Part shown: piece by piece, positions 31,168 to 40,596 of the stretch | Layout: each line of letters starts with the position of its first letter | How positions within the stretch are numbered: the first letter of the stretch is position 1 | Assembly: GCA_965216875.1 (NCBI GenBank) | Contig: OZ244207.1 | Span: forward strand, 6,784,001 to 6,848,000 | Direction of reading: 5' to 3' | Source: Rubripirellula sp. | GTDB lineage: Bacteria; Planctomycetota; Planctomycetia; Pirellulales; Pirellulaceae | DNA length: 64,000 nucleotides | Made by a program: the position numbers and the translations under genes | Notes under the pieces: model-generated | What the model was told of the DNA's origin: nothing | What the model saw: only the letters and a program-made list of their open reading frames with translations | Databases searched by the model: none

Positions 31168-31776
31168 ATGGCTCGATATACCGGCCCAAAAGCACGCATC
31201 AACCGTCGTCTCGGCACCCTGATCTACGAAACCGCTGGATCGGCACGAGCATTGGATCGTCGTCCCAACCCTCCCGGGATGCACGTTCGCGGTCGCCGCC
31301 CGAGTAACTACGGGATGGCGTTGATGGAGAAGCAAAAGATCAAGCACTACTACGGCCTGGGTGAGCGTCAGCTTCGTCGCTACTTTGACGCCGTCGGCCG
31401 CAAGCCAGGCAACACCGGTGAGTTGTTGCTGTTGATGTGCGAGCGTCGTTTGGACAATGTGATTCGTCGGGTTGGATTCACCAAGACTCGCCCACAGGCT
31501 CGCCAAGGCGTTGCCCACGGTCACTTCACCGTCAACGGCGTGAAGGTCACCAAGCCAAGCTACCTGCTTCGTCCTGGTGACATCATCGAAGTTCGTGGTC
31601 GCGAGAACCTAAAGAATCTTTACCGCGGTGTGATCTCCAACGCGGCTCCCGATGCACTCGACTGGGTCTCGTTTGACAGCGAAAACCTGAAAGCAACCGT
31701 GCTCGGTTTGCCCGGACCAACCGACATCAGCCTGCCGGTTGACGCGAACGCGGTGGTCGAATTCCTGTCGCGTTAA
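31168..31776 (+). CDS. rpsD: 30S ribosomal protein S4
   Basis: MARYTGPK, EKQKIKHYYG, ERRLDNVIRRVGF, ARQGVAHGHFTVNG, VVEFLSR. Confidence 0.97.
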   Translation: MARYTGPKARINRRLGTLIYETAGSARALDRRPNPPGMHVRGRRPSNYGMALMEKQKIKHYYGLGERQLRRYFDAVGRKPGNTGELLLLMCERRLDNVIRRVGFTKTRPQARQGVAHGHFTVNGVKVTKPSYLLRPGDIIEVRGRENLKNLYRGVISNAAPDALDWVSFDSENLKATVLGLPGPTDISLPVDANAVVEFLSR

Positions 31777-31981
31777 TCGATCTTTCATGGAGCACCAAGC
31801 GGTCCATCGATCATGGTCCGCTTGGTCATTGAAAGAAGAAAGCTTTGGTACCGATTGGCGTGGCGGGTCGTTCGGTACAATGTTTGTCGGTGTGAGAGAC
31901 AAGCCCGTTTTCTGCGTGCTTTGATCGCCGGCCGTTCGCATCCACAGATGCTCTCCTGCAATCCGTTTAGCCAGTTTCCCA

Positions 31982-33424
31982 ATGCACAGTCCTGTTGTTG
32001 TTCTTGGTGGTGGCCCCGGTGGTTATGCTGCCGCATTCCTTGCCGCTGACGAAGGTCTTGAAGTCACCATTGTCGAGGCCGAACCGCGATTAGGCGGTAC
32101 CTGCTTGCTTCGCGGTTGCATCCCCAGCAAAGCACTTCTGCATGTCGCAAAAGTGATCAGCGAAGTCGACGAGCTTCGCGCCGATTGGGGTGTCGTCTAC
32201 GACGAAAAACCGAGGATCGACATCGACAAGGTGCGAGCTCGCAAGGACAAGGTCATTTCGAATTTGACCGGCGGCCTTGGACAGCTTGCCAAACGTCGGA
32301 ACGTCACGGTGATTCAAGCTCGTGGCACCTTTCTCAATTCGACCACGATCCAGCTCGAGTGTGATCACGATTCGATTCCCGAAGGCGGACAGCTGACCTT
32401 TGATCACTGCATCTTGGCAACCGGCAGCGTCCCTGCGATGCCGCCAGCGTTTGACATCGGCAGCGATCGAGTGATGGACAGCACCGGTGCTCTTGAGCTG
32501 AAAGACATTCCCGAATCGATGTTGGTTGTCGGTGGCGGGTACATCGGCTTGGAAATGGGATCTGTTTACGCTCACCTCGGAACCAAGGTCACCGTCGTCG
32601 AGTTGATGGACGGCTTGCTGCCCGGTGCCGACCGCGATTTGGTCAAGCCGTTGGCAAAGAAGATCGACCAGATGTGCGAAGGCCGCGTGTTGCTCAACAC
32701 CAAGGTCGGCACGTTGACCGAAGTGGGCGACAAGGTCGAGGTTACTTTTGAAGGCCCTGGCAAGTTTGGGCACGAGCAATTCGATCGGGTCCTCGTCAGT
32801 ATTGGTCGTCGGCCTGTGACGCGCGGGCTTGGTTTGGAAAACACCAAGGTCGAAGTGAATGACCGCGGATTTGTTGTCTGCGATTCACAGCAGCGGACTG
32901 CCGACCCGCATATCCTCGCCATCGGTGATGTCGCTGGTGACCCGATGCTCGCCCACAAAGCGACTCACGAAGGTCGTGTCGCCGCCGAAGTGTTGGCAGG
33001 GAAACCATCGGTGTTTGATAAGGCAGCCATCCCCGCGGTGGTCTTTACCGATCCCGAAATCGCTTGGGCGGGGATCACCGAAGACGAAGCGAAGCAGCAA
33101 GGCCGCAAAGTCGATGTGGAAGTTTATCCTTGGGCGGCCAGTGGTCGTGCTCAAGCGTTGGGCATCACCAATGGTTTGACCAAGTGGTTGGTCGATCCGG
33201 AAACCAACCGCGTTCTCGGCTGTGGCATCGTCGGCAGCGGTGCCGGCGAACTGATCGCAGAAGCGGTGTTGGCGATCGAAATGGGATGCGAAGTCCACGA
33301 CATCACCGACAGCGTCCACCCTCACCCGACACTCAGCGAAACGCTGATGAACGCCGGCGAGGTTCACTACGGGACGGCAACCGAAATCTTCAAGCCCAAG
33401 AAGAAGCCAGCGGCAACCTCCTGA
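31982..33424 (+). CDS. lpdA: dihydrolipoamide dehydrogenase
   Basis: [20 protein letters not shown] redox disulfide, [22 protein letters not shown]. Confidence 0.96.
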   Translation: MHSPVVVLGGGPGGYAAAFLAADEGLEVTIVEAEPRLGGTCLLRGCIPSKALLHVAKVISEVDELRADWGVVYDEKPRIDIDKVRARKDKVISNLTGGLGQLAKRRNVTVIQARGTFLNSTTIQLECDHDSIPEGGQLTFDHCILATGSVPAMPPAFDIGSDRVMDSTGALELKDIPESMLVVGGGYIGLEMGSVYAHLGTKVTVVELMDGLLPGADRDLVKPLAKKIDQMCEGRVLLNTKVGTLTEVGDKVEVTFEGPGKFGHEQFDRVLVSIGRRPVTRGLGLENTKVEVNDRGFVVCDSQQRTADPHILAIGDVAGDPMLAHKATHEGRVAAEVLAGKPSVFDKAAIPAVVFTDPEIAWAGITEDEAKQQGRKVDVEVYPWAASGRAQALGITNGLTKWLVDPETNRVLGCGIVGSGAGELIAEAVLAIEMGCEVHDITDSVHPHPTLSETLMNAGEVHYGTATEIFKPKKKPAATS

Positions 33425-33526
33425 GCCTCGTTACCCCGCTCCGCGTGTAACGCACTCTTTGGACGCTCCGCGTCCTCTTCGTAGGTCATGCTCCCCATGA
33501 CGGGCGCTGGTGTTCGTGTGATTGAG

Positions 33527-33703
33527 TGTAAGGCCCGACGCTAGCGCGTTCGGCTCATTGGTATCTCGTCGCGCCGGCTCTGTAGGGCCCGACGCTAGCG
33601 CGTTCGGCTCATTTGTGAGCGGCATGGGGCGATCCGCCGGCGGCCACGTAAGCTCCGCGGGAGCGTCGCCCTCCCAAACGCTCGTCGCCCCCCCTCCCAA
33701 ACG
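33527..33703. repeat. composite repeat cluster (two direct R4 copies plus one R1 copy)
   Basis: TGTA(A/G)GGCCCGACGCTAGCGCGTTCGGCTCATT at 33527-33559 and 33581-33613; inverse R1 at 33652-33675; duplicated CTCCCAAACGC. Confidence 0.85.
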
Positions 33704-33889
33704 CGTTTCGCCGTCCTCTTTGGGCGTCTCCTTCCCCGGCTTCGGTCTGTGTTTTCCGGTCGTGCCGCTTGTGACGGTCGATCTTTCTGGGACTTGTGGT
33801 CGACCGGAGCACGCTTCGCTCGCGGCGCGGCAAACCGCGACGTACGTTTTGTTGTTGAAACATCACGGTTCGTCCATCGGTCTGCACGC

Positions 33890-34816
33890 ATGCTGCCTAC
33901 ATCCAATTCATCCGTCACTCCCGCAGTTCCCGTGGTCGTGGTTGGCGGAACGACGTCGCAAGAGCAGCCTCAAGAGCAGCCCAATTCCACTGCTCCGAAG
34001 CAGGAGGGGCCGAAGCATCAAGTTCCGGCGCTCGAGCGGGTCGAGGTCTGGAACCTGCCCTTCGACCGAGTCACGATGGACCAAGCAGTCGATCAAGTGG
34101 AGCATTTGATCGAGCGCGGCGATCCGAGCTATGTGATCACCGCAAACCTCAACTACGTGATGCTGCACAACCGCAACGCGGCGATGCATCCGGTCAGTGA
34201 TGACGCTGCTTTGATTCTGGCCGACGGCCATCCAATCGTCGCACGCAGTCGGCTCGGCAAACAACCGTTGCCTCAGCGTGTTGCTGGCAGTGAAATGATC
34301 TACCACCTTGCCCAGCGCGCGGTCTCACGCGGTTGGGGGATCTACTTTCTTGGTGGTGAACCGGGCGTAGCCGCGAAGTGTGCCCAGGCACTCTCACGCG
34401 AGTATCCCGGGTTGAAGATCGCCGGTGTCGAATCACCACCCTTTCGCGAATTGAGCGAGCAAGAAAAGAAAGAGCAAGCGGATCGCATCCAACAATCCGG
34501 TGCGAGCTTGTTGTTGGTCGCCTTCGGACAACCCAAGGGCGAGCAATGGATTCACGAGCACTACCAGGATCTCGGTGTGCCGGTCAGCATTCAGCTGGGC
34601 GCATCCTTTGACTTCATCGCGGGAACGGCCAAGCGAGCACCGAAGTTCTGGCAACGCGTGGGTCTGGAATGGCTCTACCGTATGTTCTCCAATCCGCGCC
34701 GGCTCGCACCGCGCTACGCGGCAAACGCCTGGTTCCTGATCGGCGCGTTGGTCGAAGACTGGAAACGCCAGGTCACTCGCTGGGGAATGGGCCAGTGGGT
34801 CGACGAGAAACGCTGA
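33890..34816 (+). CDS. WecB/TagA/CpsF-family glycosyltransferase
   Basis: VITANL, ILADG, RVAGSE, VAFGQPKGEQW, GASFDFIAG, RAPKFWQRVGLEWLYR. Start uncertain. Confidence 0.92.
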   Translation: MLPTSNSSVTPAVPVVVVGGTTSQEQPQEQPNSTAPKQEGPKHQVPALERVEVWNLPFDRVTMDQAVDQVEHLIERGDPSYVITANLNYVMLHNRNAAMHPVSDDAALILADGHPIVARSRLGKQPLPQRVAGSEMIYHLAQRAVSRGWGIYFLGGEPGVAAKCAQALSREYPGLKIAGVESPPFRELSEQEKKEQADRIQQSGASLLLVAFGQPKGEQWIHEHYQDLGVPVSIQLGASFDFIAGTAKRAPKFWQRVGLEWLYRMFSNPRRLAPRYAANAWFLIGALVEDWKRQVTRWGMGQWVDEKR

Positions 34817-34962
34817 TCGATCGGGCCAGTGTGTCCACAAGAGGCCGACCCCTTTTCAATGATTCGGCCAGGTCGTCGGCAATGCGAACAGCGAGTGAGT
34901 TGTTATCATGACGCTCCGAAATCACCATCGCTGTTTCTTCTCGCGACATTTGAATTGCCGAA

Positions 34963-36114
34963 GTGACTGATCGTCCCCTGATCATTTTGACCCTTGAAGG
35001 TTTGGCGACATCCGCCATCAGTTGTTACGGGTCCTCTTGGAACGCTACACCTGCGCTCGACATGGTCGCTGCCAGTGGCGCGGTGTGGGATCGATGGATT
35101 GCGACCACCGATCATTCGCCCGACATGGTGCGAGATTGGATCGAGCACGAAAACGGTCGTCTTACTCGTCGATGGCGCGAGCTCGGCGATGCCGACTTGA
35201 TCACGGACGATGATCGCTTGGCTGGTGAGGTCGCTCAGTCGGCGTTTGATCACATCGTTGTTGTTGACGAGTTGCCTTGCGATCAGACAACGAGTCCGGC
35301 CGAAGAGATTGATCAAACACAGTTTGCCGAACTGATTGCGGCAGCGGTTGAGAATGATGCACGCGGCCAGTGGAGTCTGATGTGGTTGCACAGTTCCTTT
35401 CTTGCCCGTCGCTGGGACGCACCGCGTGAACTGTTTCCGATCGATGAGGTCGAGCTTGATGACATGACGCCGAGCGAAGATCCCGAACTGATCGACTTGC
35501 CGGGCGATGATGCTGAGATTGAAGTCGTGCCGCCGATTTTCGACTCCGTCCTCCCGCCGGCCATCATCGACGAGGATCCTCATCCCGATTTGGCGACGTC
35601 TTGGATGCGGACGTACGGCTGTCAGGTTCGACTTGTCGACCTGTTGATCGAAGTCCTTCTGCAGTCGATCACGGTCGAAGACCCTCAAATCGTTGTGGTT
35701 GGAACCAGCGGGATGAACCTGGGGCAAAACGGATGTATCGGTCACGGGTTGGGACCGCTGCGTAGCAACGACGTCCGATTGCCACTCATTGTCAGTGACT
35801 GTGGCCCCATTCGTTCGCACCGCCTGACACCGTCGAGTGCGTTTCCCGATTTGGTCGATCGTTTGGCTCAAGAGAATCCGGCCATCGTGACGCCAGAAGA
35901 TTGGACGGCTTCGGACGGCGAAGTCTCACCTTGCGTCAAAACCGAGTCGAATCGGGCCGAGTTAGCGCTGACCACATCGGCTTGGAGCTTCGTGGTCGAC
36001 GAGGATGAATCAGAGCATCTCTTCCTGAAGCCTGACGACGTCGAAGACGCCAACGATGTCGCCCGCCTAAGAGGCGATGTGATCGAGCAACTGAAAGAAC
36101 TGGTTGATCGGTAA
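34963..36114 (+). CDS. alkaline-phosphatase/sulfatase-fold hypothetical protein (degenerate)
   Basis: Sulfatase-like ends (LIILTLEGL..SCYG..TPALD; DVRLPLIV; LFLKPDD..DANDV) but no CxPxR motif. Confidence 0.7.
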   Translation: MTDRPLIILTLEGLATSAISCYGSSWNATPALDMVAASGAVWDRWIATTDHSPDMVRDWIEHENGRLTRRWRELGDADLITDDDRLAGEVAQSAFDHIVVVDELPCDQTTSPAEEIDQTQFAELIAAAVENDARGQWSLMWLHSSFLARRWDAPRELFPIDEVELDDMTPSEDPELIDLPGDDAEIEVVPPIFDSVLPPAIIDEDPHPDLATSWMRTYGCQVRLVDLLIEVLLQSITVEDPQIVVVGTSGMNLGQNGCIGHGLGPLRSNDVRLPLIVSDCGPIRSHRLTPSSAFPDLVDRLAQENPAIVTPEDWTASDGEVSPCVKTESNRAELALTTSAWSFVVDEDESEHLFLKPDDVEDANDVARLRGDVIEQLKELVDR

Positions 36115-36131
36115 GTAAACGTGCGCTCCAA

Positions 36132-36242
36132 CAATCACCCTCCCGCTTGCGGGAGGGGCGGACGTAAAGTCCGGGGAGGGAATGAACGATGCAAACAAGA
36201 CCCTCTCCGGGCCTTAGAGCCCGACTCTCCCAAGGGAGAGTG
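36132..36242 (+). repeat. ~110-bp palindromic intergenic element, copy D
   Basis: Near-identical to 3639-3751. A short partial left end (GTTCCAGCAATCACCC) recurs near 36260. Confidence 0.9.
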
Positions 36243-36305
36243 TTTTTAAAACTCGCGTAGTTCCAGCAATCACCCGCTTGCTTATTGCATTAACGCTCAC
36301 GACAC

Positions 36306-36331
36306 AAAAAACCCCGCCGGTGAAGGCGGGG
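36306..36331 (-). terminator. Rho-independent terminator (minus strand)
   Basis: A6 + CCCCGCC-ggtgaa-GGCGGGG just downstream of the minus-strand gene ending at 36364. Confidence 0.75.
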
Positions 36332-36363
36332 CGAATGATTCAACAGCGATCAAGACTCAGAAA

Positions 36364-36960
36364 CTACTGAGCGTTTTGATCTGGAGTTGGCAGTGGAGGA
36401 TTGTCGCTGCTGCTAGGTGCAGCGGCTTCCACTGGAGCAGCTTCGGTGACAACGGTCGAGCCAGCGCAGTTGCTGCAGCCCGAGCCCGTTGCGATCACGC
36501 TTTCGCCACTGCAACCGCCGCACGCAGGTGCGGGAGCTTCGCAGCAAGACGACTTCTTCTTGCAACCGCCGAACAACTTGCAACGCTTCTTTGGTGCACA
36601 GCAAGGTTCTGGAGCGGCTTCGCAGCAAGGTGCTGGTGCAGCTTCACAGGGTGCGGCAGCTTCGCAAGGAGCGGCACAAGGAGCAGGTGCTGCTTCGCAT
36701 GGAGCGGCACAAGGAGCTGGCTCGCAGCACGAAGGAGCTGGTTCGCAGCAGTTGCGCTTTGCTTTCAAGCGAGCGAACAGGCCGCAGCTCTTCTTTGGTG
36801 CACAGCAGTCGTTAGCGAGCAATCCGCCGCCACAACGCTTAGCGCGAAGCTTCGAGAACAATCCACCTCCGCAGTTTCCTGCTTCAGCAACGTCAGTTAC
36901 GAGTGCCGCACCAATAAACAGCGCGAACGCGGCAACGCCGCTCACCACAGTCCGATTCAT
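36364..36960 (-). CDS. secreted Cys/Ala/Pro-rich low-complexity protein
   Basis: RBS GGGAGA, signal peptide MNRTVVSGVAAFALFIGAALVTDVAEA, repeated CCEPAP/CEAAP and GGGLF motifs, own terminator. Confidence 0.8.
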   Translation of the reverse strand: MNRTVVSGVAAFALFIGAALVTDVAEAGNCGGGLFSKLRAKRCGGGLLANDCCAPKKSCGLFARLKAKRNCCEPAPSCCEPAPCAAPCEAAPAPCAAPCEAAAPCEAAPAPCCEAAPEPCCAPKKRCKLFGGCKKKSSCCEAPAPACGGCSGESVIATGSGCSNCAGSTVVTEAAPVEAAAPSSSDNPPLPTPDQNAQ

Positions 36961-37268
36961 CGAATTCTCCCAAGAGTTTCGGAGTGTTTGGTGCGATCCG
37001 AGTTCGCACATCAGGTTGACGAGCCCTATTCCTGGGGCCCCACGTGTCTTGTCGAGCCAATCGGAACCTCCCGATTTTCAGCTCGAACCCCACTGCGACT
37101 CGAAAAACCACGCAAGCTGGAAAGCCTGGGCTGTTTTTGCGGGTCACGCAATTTCGACGCATAGGGTAAGGGCCGGGAGATTGGTGTCAATCGGCCCTGT
37201 GAACAAATTCACCTGCCCCGGCGAGGTTTTTTTGAGCTGGCATTTCGAACGGGGCCGCCCAGAAATAG

Positions 37269-37291
37269 AAAAAGCCCGCCATTGGCGGGCT
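37269..37291 (-). terminator. Rho-independent terminator (minus strand)
   Basis: AAAAAGCCCGCCATTGGCGGGCT. Confidence 0.7.
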
Positions 37292-37355
37292 CGTGGTTGT
37301 TGCGGCTTGATAGGGGAGTTTAGATTCCCCTTCGTTGACGGGCGTCGATTGTCGC

Positions 37356-37934
37356 CTAACGTACCGATCCAGCGGGGGCTGCGGCAGCTTGGCTCGATTT
37401 TGATCCCGATTCTGTCTCCGAACCGGTCGTTCCGAACATCTGAGCCATCATCTCGGCATTCTCGAAATCCATGATGATCGGCTCGGCGTCCTCTTCGAGC
37501 TGCATCGCCAATCCCGAGATTCGCCAACCGACCGATTCTTTCTCGACAGCCCAGACGACTTGGAATTCATCGCGGCCGCCTTCGGCCTTGGGTTCGCTCC
37601 AAATGCTGTGGACCAGCGCCGATCCTTCTTCGACCGCTTCGGCTCGCGTCACTTCGAAAGCGGCGTCGGGCGAACCAATCGGCTGAATCGAGCGGCCGAT
37701 ACGGGCAAGTTCCTGGCGTGCACGTTCGGTCAATAGCTGACCGGCACCCGAGTCTTCGCCACCACGACGGACTTGGTCGAGGAATTGGCTGACCACATCG
37801 GTGGGCGATGGATGGGCAGCGGCGGTTTGGGAGGTTGTTTGGGCCGACACGGGAGTCTCTGCGACTTCGGTCTTGCCACAGCCCATGTAGGTGAGCAGGG
37901 AAACGAGAGCGATAGCGTGGAGGATTCGGGTCAT
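37356..37934 (-). CDS. hypothetical lipoprotein
   Basis: MTRILHAIALVSLLTYMG-C lipobox; PTDVVSQFL...GWRISG pattern suggests an NTF2-like fold. Confidence 0.75.
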   Translation of the reverse strand: MTRILHAIALVSLLTYMGCGKTEVAETPVSAQTTSQTAAAHPSPTDVVSQFLDQVRRGGEDSGAGQLLTERARQELARIGRSIQPIGSPDAAFEVTRAEAVEEGSALVHSIWSEPKAEGGRDEFQVVWAVEKESVGWRISGLAMQLEEDAEPIIMDFENAEMMAQMFGTTGSETESGSKSSQAAAAPAGSVR

Positions 37935-38308
37935 TTTTCTGGCGGCGTTGGAGTGTCCGAGGCAATGGAAATTGCAGCAGTAGCATGGGGGTGTAGAAAA
38001 ACTGGGAGATTCGAGTCAAGAGAGAACCCGAGCCAGCGAATCGTCCCCCAATCGGCAAAGGATTCACCTATCGCCTGAGAGCTCTTTGTTTCACAATGTC
38101 TGCCGCCCAGGCCAGGGCGATTGGGACGCACCAGCAGCGGCGGCCTGTCGCGAGCCCCGAAAGAATGGGCCCTGATAATGGCCCCTGGTTAGTGGGCAAG
38201 GCGCAAGCGAAGCATCAAGACGGACGATTTTGAGGTGGGGCGAGGTTTGTCGATTTCGATCTTCCGACACGAACGATCCGATTCGATAGCCAATCAAGAG
38301 AACAACTA

Positions 38309-38932
38309 ATGGGAACTGATCAGAGCGTCATTCTGGTAGACGGCCAACGCGTTGATTTGCGAAACCGGTTTTTGGCCGCGTTTTTGGCTTGGCTGTGGCC
38401 GGGGGCTGGTCATTTCTATCAAGGTCGCCGCACCAAGGGCTGGCTCTTCTCGATCTGCATCCTATCCACATGGGTGCTTGGATTCGTGCTCGGTGGTGGT
38501 CACGTCGTCTATGCCTCTTGGCAACCAGGTGACAAACGCTGGCATTTCTTCTTGCAAGCTGGCGTCGGCGCTCCCGCTTTGCCCGCATTGATTCAAGGCA
38601 ATCACATGCGCAAGAGCACCCATCATGGCGAGACGGATGTCAACTACGAACCTTACTTCTGGGGATTCATGGCGCCACCTTTTCGACCTGTCGAAGAACG
38701 CGCGCCCGATGAGGTTGCGGCTTGGTACGCGCGATTTGGTGCCGGCTATGAAATGGGAACTTGGTACACGGTGATCGCCGGGCTGTTAAACATCCTCGTG
38801 ATCTACGACGCCTACGGAGGCCCGCTGGCTGTTCCCATCAGCGGACGCAAGAAAGAGGAGGAATCAGACGCCGAAGCGGCGGATGACAAAAAAGAACCAG
38901 ACGAGGAAGCGAGCGACGCTCCCGATGGCTGA
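38309..38932 (+). CDS. conserved membrane protein (DUF6677-like)
   Basis: LAWLWPGAGHFYQGR and YTVIAGLLNILVIYDA motifs. Confidence 0.75.
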   Translation: MGTDQSVILVDGQRVDLRNRFLAAFLAWLWPGAGHFYQGRRTKGWLFSICILSTWVLGFVLGGGHVVYASWQPGDKRWHFFLQAGVGAPALPALIQGNHMRKSTHHGETDVNYEPYFWGFMAPPFRPVEERAPDEVAAWYARFGAGYEMGTWYTVIAGLLNILVIYDAYGGPLAVPISGRKKEEESDAEAADDKKEPDEEASDAPDG

Positions 38933-38999
38933 CGGCGGACCGCGCCGTATGTGTCGTTCCTCGAAGTGCTGTTTGAGCTGATTCCTCAAAGAAAATCCA

Positions 39000-39191
39000 A
39001 TGATCTCCATTTCTCCGACCTACCTGCTCTTCTATCTCCCGTTGATCGTCTCGATCGCGTTGGTCTTTGGCGCAACGCGTCACGAGGACACGACGCTGAT
39101 TCTCCAGCATTCGTGGTACACCGCACGCTGGATCACCAGCTTCATGGGAATCATCTTCATAGTATTGTGTGTATTGAGCTGGCTGGCATGA
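39000..39191 (+). CDS. small two-TM membrane protein
   Basis: 63 aa with two hydrophobic helices flanking ATRHED; co-directional within the apparent operon. Confidence 0.7.
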   Translation: MISISPTYLLFYLPLIVSIALVFGATRHEDTTLILQHSWYTARWITSFMGIIFIVLCVLSWLA

Positions 39192-39246
39192 CCAGCCTTT
39201 CATCCACAACACTTCGCAGGCTTGGTCGGCAACAGCGACGTAACAG

Positions 39247-40596
39247 ATGCGCGTTTTAACTCTTGGTGGCGGAACCGTTGGTCGGTGGATCGCCGACATG
39301 CTTTGCCGCAGACGGCATAGCGTGACGGTCATCGATAATGATGCCGACAATGTTCGACGCATCAATTCGGAACTCGATGTCCGTGCGATTCAGGGAAGTG
39401 CCTCGCGCAGTACCGTTCTTTTTCAGGCGGACGTTTGTGCCGCCGATATGTGTTTGGCGGTCACCGGCGACGACGAAGTCAACATCGTCGCCGCGAGCAT
39501 GGCCAAAGCACTGGGCGCTCGTCGCAGCATCGCGCGTGTTTATGCGCCGGCGTTTCGAGACCTCAGCACCTTCGACTACCAACAACACTTCAACATCGAC
39601 AGTTTGCTCAGTCTTGAGCAGCTTTCGGCGTTTGAACTCGCTCGCGCGATTCGCAATCCTGATTCCATCCCGCTCGAACACTTCGCTCGCGGTCAACTCG
39701 AAGTTTACGAGATGGAGGTCAGCGCCAAGTCTGCCGCGGGTGGACACAGGTTGTTGGATCTCAAGCTGCCCAAATCGGTACGTGTCGGATCGATTGCACG
39801 CGAAGGCAGGATGTGGATCGCCAGTGGGCAAGACGAAATCCATGCTGGCGACCGCGTTAGTTTGATCGGGATGTCCGACGGTGTTGCGAAAGCACGTGCC
39901 ATGTTTGGAGCGACGGGCATCAGCAAAGCACGTGGACGCGTCATGATCGCTGGCGGTGGCGAAACCGGTTACCACCTTGCCGATTCGCTGAGTCCGCATG
40001 ACTATCGAACGGTGTTGCTCGAACGCGATGCCGATCGCTGTCAGCAACTTGCAAAGTTATTGCCCGATGTGACGGTCATCCACGCCAACGCAAATCGCCG
40101 CAGCATCCTCGAAGACGAGGGCGGTGGCACCGTCGACTACTTTGTAGCCTGCACTGGTAACGACGAAAGCAACATCATGGCTGGTGTCGAAGCTCGCGAA
40201 CTGGGCGCTTCTCGCGTGATGTGTGTTGTGGGACGACCCGACTATGCGAATGTGGTTGGCAAACTTGGTATTGATCATGCCGTCAGCGGTCGCGATGTCG
40301 TCGCTCGCCAGATACTGGGCTTTTTGAACGAAGGCGCCGTGATCAGTAAGAGCCGGTTGCCAAACGGAGCCATCGGGATCTACGAACTTGAAGTGCTCGA
40401 GGGCACGCGCGTGACCGACGCGACGCTCGCGGAACTTCCCCTGGCAGGCCGATGTTTGATCGCTGCGATTCAACGTGACGGGTTCGTGCGCGTTCCGACC
40501 GCCGAGGATCGGCTGCAACAAGGTGATGTCGTTGTCGCATTGATGGACCAATCAGCGGCCGAAGATTGTTTGGCATTGTTTAATCATCCATCGTGA
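39247..40596 (+). CDS. trkA: Trk potassium uptake regulatory subunit
   Basis: Two RCK_N/RCK_C pairs: LGGGTVG, AVTGDDEVN, IAGGGETG, ACTGNDESN. Confidence 0.92.
   Translation: MRVLTLGGGTVGRWIADMLCRRRHSVTVIDNDADNVRRINSELDVRAIQGSASRSTVLFQADVCAADMCLAVTGDDEVNIVAASMAKALGARRSIARVYAPAFRDLSTFDYQQHFNIDSLLSLEQLSAFELARAIRNPDSIPLEHFARGQLEVYEMEVSAKSAAGGHRLLDLKLPKSVRVGSIAREGRMWIASGQDEIHAGDRVSLIGMSDGVAKARAMFGATGISKARGRVMIAGGGETGYHLADSLSPHDYRTVLLERDADRCQQLAKLLPDVTVIHANANRRSILEDEGGGTVDYFVACTGNDESNIMAGVEARELGASRVMCVVGRPDYANVVGKLGIDHAVSGRDVVARQILGFLNEGAVISKSRLPNGAIGIYELEVLEGTRVTDATLAELPLAGRCLIAAIQRDGFVRVPTAEDRLQQGDVVVALMDQSAAEDCLALFNHPS

Noticed and set aside
36376..37474. Long + strand ORFs (262 and 357 aa) with GAGAASQ repeats
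   Set aside because: Antisense shadows of the low-complexity minus-strand gene, which has an RBS, signal peptide and terminator.
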